Source: a virus
Lineage: Duplodnaviria; Caudoviricetes
Direction: 5' to 3' (one strand)
Length of the DNA stretch: 52,271 bases
IMG/VR virus record: IMGVR_UViG_3300035070_002934
Location: 1-52,271 of that record
The notes below the pieces were generated by a model that had not been told where the DNA came from, ran no database searches, and saw only the letters and a list, made by a program, of their open reading frames with translations. This document shows positions 45,137 through 52,271 of this stretch, in pieces. Numbering within the stretch: the stretch's first letter is position 1; each line of letters starts with the position of its first letter. The position numbers were made by a program, and so were the translations under genes.

Positions 45137-45296
45137 CACTTTATTTTATTTCCCCCTACGCAATTAATCCCCACCAGGTGCTCCTTCGGCAGAAGAAGAA
45201 ACGGGCCTTGCTCTGCATCCCAGGCGGTCAATGCAATCATTTCTGTGTTATTTTCCGCCGCCACTACTAACGTACCATCATCGTCAAAATAAACTT

Positions 45297-45866
45297 TCAC
45301 ACCGCCACCCTCTCGCCAAATAGTTTCGCATCCATGATGTATAGCGTGCTGGTTTCCCACTCCCCAACCTTTGCCTGAAAGAACTTAAACAGATCGATAT
45401 ACTTCCGATTTCTAAATGTGTGCCTGTCTATGTCGCACAGTTCCGCCAGTTTCGATTCACTGAATGTTACGCGCCCGGCCCCATCGCATCGCTTGCACGG
45501 TTGCAGCAACCCTCGAACGATGACCTCTTTTCTCCCTTGGCACTTTGGGCAACGGTCCAATCCTGGCTCAACTTCAAAATCCACAATGATTTCTGACAAC
45601 TTCTGCGCGTCCTCTTGCTCAATCAGACTTTTCTCACCCATCATCAGTAGCGGGTGAACCAGCAAATTAATAGCTTTTACCCGCGCATTAGTATCACGCG
45701 AATACTTTGCTAAACAGACATAACTACCAATCTTTGGACATCCAGCCATAGCGCCCATTACATCCAGTCCATTTATGAGCGGCGCACGTCCACCTGGAAT
45801 GTGTGGTTCTATCCCTGGAGACTTTACAGCCGCTTTTGCTAACATCATTTTTACTCGCTCGCTCAT
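45297..45866 (-). CDS. Q-like late antiterminator
   Basis: CPKCQG..CKRCDG zinc finger; position after nin genes and before lysis. Confidence 0.7.
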   Translation of the reverse strand: MSERVKMMLAKAAVKSPGIEPHIPGGRAPLINGLDVMGAMAGCPKIGSYVCLAKYSRDTNARVKAINLLVHPLLMMGEKSLIEQEDAQKLSEIIVDFEVEPGLDRCPKCQGRKEVIVRGLLQPCKRCDGAGRVTFSESKLAELCDIDRHTFRNRKYIDLFKFFQAKVGEWETSTLYIMDAKLFGERVAV

Positions 45867-45923
45867 AATGCCTCGCTGATTATTAGTGTTGTCTGCCGAT
45901 GCCGCTGTGCCGTTTGTGCTCTG

Positions 45924-46151
45924 TTAGTCCGCACGATTTGCTTTTGTCGATTGGTGTAATGACCAGGCAGTTTGATTTTTATGTGTCACTCGCCACGCCG
46001 GGAATCTGTAAAACCGCTCCGCGCTGTTTGCAATTTTGACCAACTCCCCGACCGTTTTTTTTAGTTCTGGCGACAGGGCTTTGTAATGTCGCACCTGCTC
46101 CGCTCTATCTGTCATATCCAAAATTTTATTAGCTTCGTCGTGGCATCTCAC
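45924..46151 (-). CDS. hypothetical protein
   Basis: Coupled ORF. Confidence 0.5.
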   Translation of the reverse strand: MRCHDEANKILDMTDRAEQVRHYKALSPELKKTVGELVKIANSAERFYRFPAWRVTHKNQTAWSLHQSTKANRAD

Positions 46152-46432
46152 ATCATGCCGCGAATGACACTGTTTGCCGCTTTAACGTCCCATGCGCACT
46201 TTGTAAATTCGCTCCAATCCGTGAGATGTCTATTTTCTGCGCGTGCCAGTCGATTGATGTGTCCTGCTCGCCAGGCGGCAACGTATTTGCTTTTGCATAG
46301 CCTGCACGTTGTCGCGCGGCTCTGTGTGCCGTCCTTTTTGATGTCGCTCATCAGCGCATAGTCGTCGTCTGTTAAGTGCCCGTTCCGCGGGTTCTCGCAC
46401 GTTTTTGATTTGCATTTTGCACTCATAATCAA
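46148..46432 (-). CDS. Cys-containing hypothetical protein
   Basis: Coupled ORF. Confidence 0.5.
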   Translation of the reverse strand: MIMSAKCKSKTCENPRNGHLTDDDYALMSDIKKDGTQSRATTCRLCKSKYVAAWRAGHINRLARAENRHLTDWSEFTKCAWDVKAANSVIRGMM

Positions 46433-46815
46433 AACTCCTCAGATATTTCAGTGATGTATATTTGCCCAGTGTCGCCCCACACCTTGCGGCTATGCAGTTG
46501 CCAGATGTGCGAGTCCTCGGTCAGCACGGCATCTAGTAGAGCCTTGTCCAAATTGTCCAGATCCGGCCTTTGCCTGTGCGGCTTCCCGCGCATCTGCTCA
46601 CGCTTTTTCTGCGACCAGCTCGCAGGCATCGGGATAGTGTATTCAACGCTTGCCGACTCCGGAACGTTAACGCCGTGCGCCCGGCACTGGTCTTTAAAAT
46701 TCCGGTATCTGATGACGCAATCGCGCTTTTTCCACCTGTCAGATTGCGTCATCCTTGGCTTCGGCATCGGCTCGATATCAAACAGAGGCACTGCGAGCAC
46801 TCCGGTACAGAGCAA
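46429..46815 (-). CDS. rusA: RusA-like Holliday junction resolvase
   Basis: PKPRMT..RPDLDNLDKALLDA..EDSHI..K motif. Confidence 0.85.
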   Translation of the reverse strand: MLCTGVLAVPLFDIEPMPKPRMTQSDRWKKRDCVIRYRNFKDQCRAHGVNVPESASVEYTIPMPASWSQKKREQMRGKPHRQRPDLDNLDKALLDAVLTEDSHIWQLHSRKVWGDTGQIYITEISEEF

Positions 46816-47146
46816 TGAATTTCAGCGCATCGGTCTTGCGGAAATGCGCCTCTCTGCCGCGCCAGTCGCCAGCTCTGGCGCTGTAGCTATGCACTGGCGG
46901 CAACGCCACACCATAGCAGACGCCATTGATTTGAGCCGCCCTCAGTTGCAGCGGAGCCAGCCCTGTTTGACGCGACAACCAGTCAAGATCTACCAGCTCG
47001 ACCTGCTCGCTACCGGCGGCACAAGTGACAATCTCGCCGCCTTTAGCCATAAACGACTCTATGTCGGCAGCCAGTCTCGCTCTGTGCGCGTCTTTTTGGC
47101 TCTTTGACGTGATTACGTCATCTTCTCTAAACGCAATGCTGCTCAT
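46778..47146 (-). CDS. hypothetical protein
   Basis: ORF with GGAGG RBS in the nin-like region. Confidence 0.55.
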   Translation of the reverse strand: MSSIAFREDDVITSKSQKDAHRARLAADIESFMAKGGEIVTCAAGSEQVELVDLDWLSRQTGLAPLQLRAAQINGVCYGVALPPVHSYSARAGDWRGREAHFRKTDALKFIALYRSARSASV

Positions 47147-47294
47147 TTTGTTACCGCCTCCATCACTTTTTTCAATCTGTTTTCTGCTACTCTCAGCGCA
47201 TCCTGATAACGCGCCGCCACCTCCTTGGCAGCGCTTAGCATTCCGCCCAGCCGCAATATCTCTTGCTTTTGTCGCTCGATGATTTCTGACTCGC

Positions 47295-47603
47295 TCATTT
47301 CAGCCCCTTAACTGTTACCAATCCGATCTCAATCCATCGCCGCCACGTTCTCACCATTGCCCGGCGCAAGTACCACTCCCTATCTGATTCGAGCTCTGCC
47401 GATTTAAAGCGCCGATCAATTGCGTCATGGCACGAACTGCAAGAATAACAAACGCTAATGTCGTCACTTTTTTTGCCCATCCCGCCGGACTCATCGGGCA
47501 GGTGTGCTAAAACCGTTGTCTCTGTGTCGCCGTTGCAGAGGCCGACGATTTGCAATGTGCAAACCTCGCCTCTTGCCGATTCTCGTAGTGCGTTTGATCT
47601 CAT
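47295..47603 (-). CDS. DUF1364/YbcO-like nuclease
   Basis: LRESARGE.C..C..ETTVLAH..G.K.DD..CSSCHDAID. Confidence 0.85.
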   Translation of the reverse strand: MRSNALRESARGEVCTLQIVGLCNGDTETTVLAHLPDESGGMGKKSDDISVCYSCSSCHDAIDRRFKSAELESDREWYLRRAMVRTWRRWIEIGLVTVKGLK

Positions 47604-48073
47604 GACTGCGCCTCTCCGTAATAATCAAATGCCTCTAATGCCGGATCAGACCACTTGACGCCATGCTCGGCCCCGAAAGCGTTTATCAGCTCGAACAGGT
47701 CAGAAAACCATGGCTTGCTCTTGCCGCGAGTCGAAACGCCCAACACAACAAAGCCGCCATTCACGCCGGGAACCGCTTGCTGTTTTTCGATCGCCGATGA
47801 AAAAACGTGTTTCCAGTCCTCTTCACACAGCTTTTGCCCGTACCACTCAACTTGCCCGGCAACATCCCTCAAAACTGCCCACAGTCTGCGATTCTGAGCC
47901 GGCGTTCTAGTTTCGCGCCCGAGCGTCACCACAACAGGACCGCCTTTGATGCCTCTGCTAACCAGGTCGAATATCTGCGCCAGCTTGCCGGGTACGTCCT
48001 TTGCATCGTTGACCGTAATTTTTAATTCACTCACAGAGTCACGATCCACGCCGAGAGCCAGACACAAGCGCAA
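47600..48073 (-). CDS. ninB: NinB-like recombination protein
   Basis: RT..QN.RLWA.L.D.A.QV.W..WK..F..STR..FGAE.GV.W; start probably GTG at 48034. Confidence 0.85.
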   Translation of the reverse strand: MRLCLALGVDRDSVSELKITVNDAKDVPGKLAQIFDLVSRGIKGGPVVVTLGRETRTPAQNRRLWAVLRDVAGQVEWYGQKLCEEDWKHVFSSAIEKQQAVPGVNGGFVVLGVSTRGKSKPWFSDLFELINAFGAEHGVKWSDPALEAFDYYGEAQS

Positions 48074-48117
48074 AATCCGCCGATTAAAACTGAAACCATT
48101 AATCTATCGTTCATCGC

Positions 48118-48303
48118 TCACCACCTTCGGTATTTTGCAGGGATCGTGCTTGCGTCTCGTACCACAGCCGATTGCGATACGAGATACGCCAGAGCGACAG
48201 CGACCCTCTCAGATCCGACATGCAGCTGGAGAGCGATTTCATCCAGCGTGATCCACTCATCGCGCTCCAACACTTCAAAAACCATTTTCTGATCATTTGT
48301 CAT
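48118..48303 (-). CDS. small winged-HTH-like protein
   Basis: ITLDEIA.QL...V...L..L pattern. Confidence 0.5.
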   Translation of the reverse strand: MTNDQKMVFEVLERDEWITLDEIALQLHVGSERVAVALAYLVSQSAVVRDASTIPAKYRRW

Positions 48304-48436
48304 TTCCGCCCCTCTGTTTTTGTTAGAGTTTGCAGTCTTTCCCGCTGCCAGCCCGTCACACCCGTGAGATTTCGAGACAAGGAGCGGGTGCCGAACTGCC
48401 GAGGTTATTAGCCCCACTCACGGCTTGGGTGATCTG

Positions 48437-49054
48437 TTAGGCGCCCATGCCAGCCCGCAATTCCCTCAAAACATCCAGACCTTTCTGTCTGCACTTTTGC
48501 GCGTATATCGGATCTTTCATTTTTTCGGCATGCTCCCGACCCTTTTGCTCTTCCTCGGTCTCTATCTGCAAAGGTGGCCGCTCAAACTCGTGCCCACCCT
48601 TTGCAAGCCTGATAGCTTCTTTGTATTTCCGAGCGAATACGGTTCGCGAGTCCTTTTCATTCATGCGAGCCCACGAATATGCGTTTATATTTTTATACAT
48701 CCAGTACATGGCTGGCGGCAGGACGCTAAAATCCTTTTGCTTGCCGAATGGCGGCATGCTAGTAACAAACCCAAGCAGCGCAAGGTATGCGGCCTCTTCG
48801 CTATCCAGCCCGATTTTTTCGGCAACATTACCGATACACAAGTCGCGAAATTGCGGCAGGTTTGGCGGGTATCGCGGGAGATCGTCGAAAAGCCGCTCAA
48901 CGCCTGCTGCGATGTCGTTGATGCTCATGCCAGCAAGCGCTTTGCACCACGTGGCCCACCCGCTTCCACCGTTCTCGCCGTACTGATTAACCCACGCAGC
49001 TCCGTAGATCTCGCCCATCCGGGTCCACAACCTCGTAACAGCTGCCGATGTCAT
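48437..49054 (-). CDS. replication protein P-like helicase loader
   Basis: RLW.RM.EIYG..W..QYG..W..L..YPPNLPQF..LC; start uncertain (49054 or 49183). Confidence 0.7.
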   Translation of the reverse strand: MTSAAVTRLWTRMGEIYGAAWVNQYGENGGSGWATWCKALAGMSINDIAAGVERLFDDLPRYPPNLPQFRDLCIGNVAEKIGLDSEEAAYLALLGFVTSMPPFGKQKDFSVLPPAMYWMYKNINAYSWARMNEKDSRTVFARKYKEAIRLAKGGHEFERPPLQIETEEEQKGREHAEKMKDPIYAQKCRQKGLDVLRELRAGMGA

Positions 49055-49964
49055 TTTCAGCTGCTTCGATTTCTGCGATTTCTCGCATAAGTCTTGCTTC
49101 GATTTCTGCGCCCTTGCGGCTATTTCGCTCAACTGTTGAGAGTTTTTGCTGATTATCGCCGCCTGAATTCCAGTTACGCTCATGTGCCTGTCTCCCGTTT
49201 TTATCCCACTCAATGGCCGCTTGCAGGTAGCCGTCGAACTTTTCCGCGCCGTAGATCGTTGCAGGCTGGATGTACTGGCGCATTCTTGGGTCTTTTGCCC
49301 ACTCAAAAACCTTGTGCTCGGCAACGAGCGCAAGGTCCTGGTAGCTGTTACCGTCAGACAGCCGGCCACTTATCAGCCGAAGATTTGACTTCACTGTTTT
49401 AAATGATTTCCCTGACACGCTGTTGAGGTGTGAAATAACAAGCCTTGCGACTTCATGATTTTTTTTAGTTTTATCTGACACCGGTTCGGCTTCAGCCGGA
49501 CAAGAGTGTTTTAAAACATCTTTAATTGGTGAAGGTGAAGGTGAAGGTGAAGGTGAAGGGCATTCCTCATGCATTGCTTGTTTTATGCTTGGAGCATTGC
49601 TTGGAGCATTTTGGTTGTTGTTTTTGCCGTTTTTCCATCTTGCCGAAGCTGCTTTTGTCGCTTTCTCTTGGGCCATTGCCTTTTTAGCAGACGCTTGAGC
49701 AAGCTCTTCTTCGATCCTTTTATGCTTCCAGCATCCATTTTCTATTCTAAAAAAATGCTTGAGGATGTGCTTGGAGCATTCCCATTGCTCAGCGTTCATT
49801 CTGGTGATGTTTGCTAACACCTGGTCGCTATCCGGGAGCGGGCCGTTCATCCAGTAGTCCATTATCAGTAGCAGGTACGCGCCATGCTGCTCGACCGTCA
49901 ATCGAGATGTTCCGGCGAGGTAATCGCCGATATATAGCGGCATAAATACGTCCGGCCTATTCAC
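48987..49964 (-). CDS. replication initiator (DUF1376/YdaU-like)
   Basis: FMPLYIGDYL..T..L...HGAYLLL; PSPSPS linker; C-terminal W..D..M..Y..P.T...KF..YL. Confidence 0.85.
   Translation of the reverse strand: MNRPDVFMPLYIGDYLAGTSRLTVEQHGAYLLLIMDYWMNGPLPDSDQVLANITRMNAEQWECSKHILKHFFRIENGCWKHKRIEEELAQASAKKAMAQEKATKAASARWKNGKNNNQNAPSNAPSIKQAMHEECPSPSPSPSPSPIKDVLKHSCPAEAEPVSDKTKKNHEVARLVISHLNSVSGKSFKTVKSNLRLISGRLSDGNSYQDLALVAEHKVFEWAKDPRMRQYIQPATIYGAEKFDGYLQAAIEWDKNGRQAHERNWNSGGDNQQKLSTVERNSRKGAEIEARLMREIAEIEAAENDIGSCYEVVDPDGRDLRSCVG
49575..49779. repeat. iteron-like TGCTTGGAGCAT repeats (putative ori)
   Basis: Exact copies at 49586, 49598, 49768; variants at 49575, 49756. Confidence 0.55.
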
Positions 49965-49966
49965 TC

Positions 49967-50170
49967 TCAGACTCCATAATTCGCTGAATCATTTTTGACT
50001 GCCTTTCGTGGCCCTTTTTTGGCCACAAAACGGGTGATTTTATTTAGATTGACCATGTGTGACTGAACAAACTCACTCACGACCTGATCTATTGATATGC
50101 CTCGATCCCTCGCGATCTCGCAGAGCTGTTCCGTGCGCTCTGGTGTTAGCGTTATGTCGTACTGCGGCAT
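49967..50170 (-). CDS. small RHH-like DNA-binding protein
   Basis: YDITL..E..EQL..IA.DRGIS. Confidence 0.5.
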   Translation of the reverse strand: MPQYDITLTPERTEQLCEIARDRGISIDQVVSEFVQSHMVNLNKITRFVAKKGPRKAVKNDSANYGV

Positions 50171-50202
50171 TGGTAAACCCTGTTTTTTTGGCTGGCGTTT
50201 GG

Positions 50203-50397
50203 TCACGCGCAACGGTTTATATTGTTGTTATTCTCGGTAGCGTAGGACTCAAGATGAGCCTCAATAATTTCAGCCAAAAAAGAGGCCGCTTGCTTCCTGT
50301 GCAGAGCGGCCAAGGCTTCTACAGCAGCGGCTTGATAGTGGTTCAGATTGACCCTGAACCGGACTTCCTTTTTTGCTTTGGGGTCTATGTGTGCCAT
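50203..50397 (-). CDS. small regulator in the CII position
   Basis: AGGA RBS; directly downstream of cro. Confidence 0.5.
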   Translation of the reverse strand: MAHIDPKAKKEVRFRVNLNHYQAAAVEALAALHRKQAASFLAEIIEAHLESYATENNNNINRCA

Positions 50398-50407
50398 GGC
50401 ATTTTCC

Positions 50408-50605
50408 TTATGCGGCTTTGGGTTCTTCGCTGTTGAGGTAGTCTTCGATGGCTTGCATTGTTTTTGCTGTTGGGTTGCTTTTTTCCCCGCACGCAAGCTT
50501 TGTTATGTGCGAATACGTCAGCCCCGTTCTTTCGGCGACTTCTCGCCATGTGATTTGTTTGCTTTTTTTATGAGCAATCAGGCGTTTGATTATTTGCTTA
50601 TACAT
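50408..50605 (-). CDS. Cro-like HTH regulator
   Basis: TWREVAERTGL..SHITKL..G...NPT..T...I XRE HTH; divergent from the repressor. Confidence 0.8.
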   Translation of the reverse strand: MYKQIIKRLIAHKKSKQITWREVAERTGLTYSHITKLACGEKSNPTAKTMQAIEDYLNSEEPKAA

Positions 50606-50623
50606 GACCGTTTCCATTTCTAT

Positions 50624-50668
50624 TTCCACTTTATTGGACAGCATACTTTCCACCATTGTGGAAGTCAA
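50624..50668 (-). promoter_or_regulatory. PR-like promoter with operators
   Basis: TTGACT(50668-50663)-17 bp-TATGCT(50645-50640); TTCCAC-CATT-GTGGAA 50648-50663; TTCCACTTTATTGGAC 50624-50639. Confidence 0.75.
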
Positions 50669-50704
50669 GAGTGACATAATGGAAACAAGTCGGCGTGACA
50701 GGGG

Positions 50705-51079
50705 TTGGTGTCCATGAGAGCAAAATACACATTTGGCAAGCGCGTCGCTGCAAAACGCGAGCGACTAGGGTTTACGTTGGCTGGGCTGGGTAAAAAGGCT
50801 GGCGTTGGCAAGTCCACAATCGGTTATGTCGAAAACGCCGGAGAAAAAAGCAATGTCAGCCTGGATAAAGCCGAAGCAATAGCCGAATCTCTGGGCGAGC
50901 CGCTGTGGTACATGCTTATGCCTGATGATAAGTATCAGAGCGGTGATGACGCGCCGATTAATGAGGTGTGCGCATTGTTTTGCAGGCTGGAAGCCACATC
51001 AAGAGACAAGGTTTTATCGTATCTGCGCGACCAGGTTGCATTGCAGAATTCAAATATGCCAAAAAACCATTATTTTTGA
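50705..51079 (+). CDS. CI-like XRE repressor (no S24 peptidase domain)
   Basis: FTLAGLG.KAGV.KSTI.YVE..NVSLD....IA..L; start may be 50714. Confidence 0.8.
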   Translation: MVSMRAKYTFGKRVAAKRERLGFTLAGLGKKAGVGKSTIGYVENAGEKSNVSLDKAEAIAESLGEPLWYMLMPDDKYQSGDDAPINEVCALFCRLEATSRDKVLSYLRDQVALQNSNMPKNHYF

Positions 51080-51155
51080 TATTGATACTTAATCAGGAAA
51101 TATGACGCAAACGTCAGTCTATACTTTCGCGACTTAACCAATCGCGGAGATAGAT

Positions 51156-51329
51156 ATGCATCCCACACGCACGCAAACTGAACAGGCTTTAGGTGAAGCT
51201 GAGGCGCTATTGCTTCATCTGAAATCGCAGGATATTACAGATATCCATCCCGATGTTTTTGCCATCCTGATTGACTCCACAATACAAAGAATACAGACGG
51301 CATCTGAATTCATAGAAAATATAAAATAG
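51156..51329 (+). CDS. small hypothetical protein (57 aa)
   Basis: GGAG RBS; not in the ORF track. Confidence 0.45.
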   Translation: MHPTRTQTEQALGEAEALLLHLKSQDITDIHPDVFAILIDSTIQRIQTASEFIENIK

Positions 51330-51390
51330 TTCCACTATAGTGGTTTACAATACGTCCGCGTTATGCCATGATTATTCCACGATATTGGAA
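51330..51390 (+). promoter_or_regulatory. PL-like promoter flanked by operators
   Basis: TTTACA(51344-51349)-17 bp-CATGAT(51367-51372); TTCCACTATAGTGGTT 51330-51345 and TTCCACGATATTGGAA 51375-51390. Confidence 0.7.
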
Positions 51391-51410
51391 TTGCCATAGC
51401 AGAGGGCGAA

Positions 51411-52160
51411 ATGACAAACATAGTGACAATCGAAAGCGGCGAGGCGGTAACAACGTCGATGGCAATTGCTGACGGCGTTGGTTATGACCACGCAACGGTT
51501 ATCCGGCTTGTTCGCGATAACAAAGATGACCTTGAAGACTTTGGAAGGGTCGGATTTCAAATCCAACCCTTAGAAACCGCCGGAGGATTGCAGCAGCGCG
51601 AAATTGCCCTGCTCAACGAACAGCAAGCAACGTTGCTGATTACCTACATGCGAAATAACGACGTTGTGCGGGCTTTCAAAAAGCAGCTGGTCAAGGCGTT
51701 TTATGAAATGCGAGTTCAGCCAGGCATTACCCTGCCGAAATCACTGCCGGAGGCTCTAAGACTTGCCGCAAAGCTTGCAGAAGAGCGCGATGAGGCTATC
51801 CGCACCAAGGCACAGATCGGCAGCAGCCGGGAAGCGTCTGCGATGGCAAGAGCATCTGCGGAGACGCGAAGAGCAAACAAGCTTGCGGAACAGATCGGCG
51901 ACGGTCGCGACTGGAAAGCGGTTAAGTCTATTGACTGGCTGGGCGAAGTTTTTGAAATCACCAAGGTGATGTACCAGCAGGTCGGCAAAAAGCTGAAAGC
52001 GATATCGGCTGAAATGGATCTTGACGTTAAAGACATTGAAGACTCTGCATACGGCGTGATCAAAGCGTATCACATCGACGCTATCAGCGAGCTGCACAAT
52101 CGGCTGCTTGAAGACAGCAACCTGTTAGCGAAGTACAGGCAGCAATCAAAAGCAGCATAG
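51411..52160 (+). CDS. Rha-family regulatory/antirepressor protein
   Basis: TTS..IA.G...H..V..L..LNEQQATLLITYMRN..V..FK..LVKAF, then LP.SLPEALRLAA. Confidence 0.85.
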   Translation: MTNIVTIESGEAVTTSMAIADGVGYDHATVIRLVRDNKDDLEDFGRVGFQIQPLETAGGLQQREIALLNEQQATLLITYMRNNDVVRAFKKQLVKAFYEMRVQPGITLPKSLPEALRLAAKLAEERDEAIRTKAQIGSSREASAMARASAETRRANKLAEQIGDGRDWKAVKSIDWLGEVFEITKVMYQQVGKKLKAISAEMDLDVKDIEDSAYGVIKAYHIDAISELHNRLLEDSNLLAKYRQQSKAA

Positions 52161-52271
52161 GAGGGGAATCATGAGAGTAGTTATCACAACACATCTTGGA
52201 CTGGCGGCACAGTGGAGGCTTCATGAAACTGAATAAATCAGCTACGCAAACTCAGCTTGCCGCCTTCTTTG

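Noticed and set aside
1-52271. Complete circular genome or terminal repeats
   Set aside because: The window ends do not overlap and both ends fall within ORFs

Overview
Most of the genome of a temperate, podovirus-like tailed phage, probably of a Proteobacterium. It appears to be in the excised state, since an intact attP-like site with a tRNA 3'-end core lies at about 3.5-3.7 kb. Left to right: (i) small accessory genes organised as integron-type gene cassettes, with six attC-like hairpin sites and two attI-like simple sites, all oriented opposite to their ORFs; (ii) xis-attP-integrase, a free-standing HNH gene and a small membrane/secreted moron; (iii) a minus-strand virion module with a 4409-aa DarB-like polyvalent protein, ejection proteins, tail fibre, nozzle/adaptor, an N4-gp56-like major capsid gene split by two HNH-encoding group I introns, scaffold, portal, TerL and TerS; (iv) a LamG/repeat structural module, lysis genes, a self-promoted moron, a Q-like antiterminator, nin-like and replication genes, and a cro/cI switch with palindromic operators followed by a Rha gene. 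The most notable features are the phage-borne 'reverse' integron cassette arrays (340-2869) and the twice-spliced capsid gene. All calls come from reading the sequence; no database searches were run.
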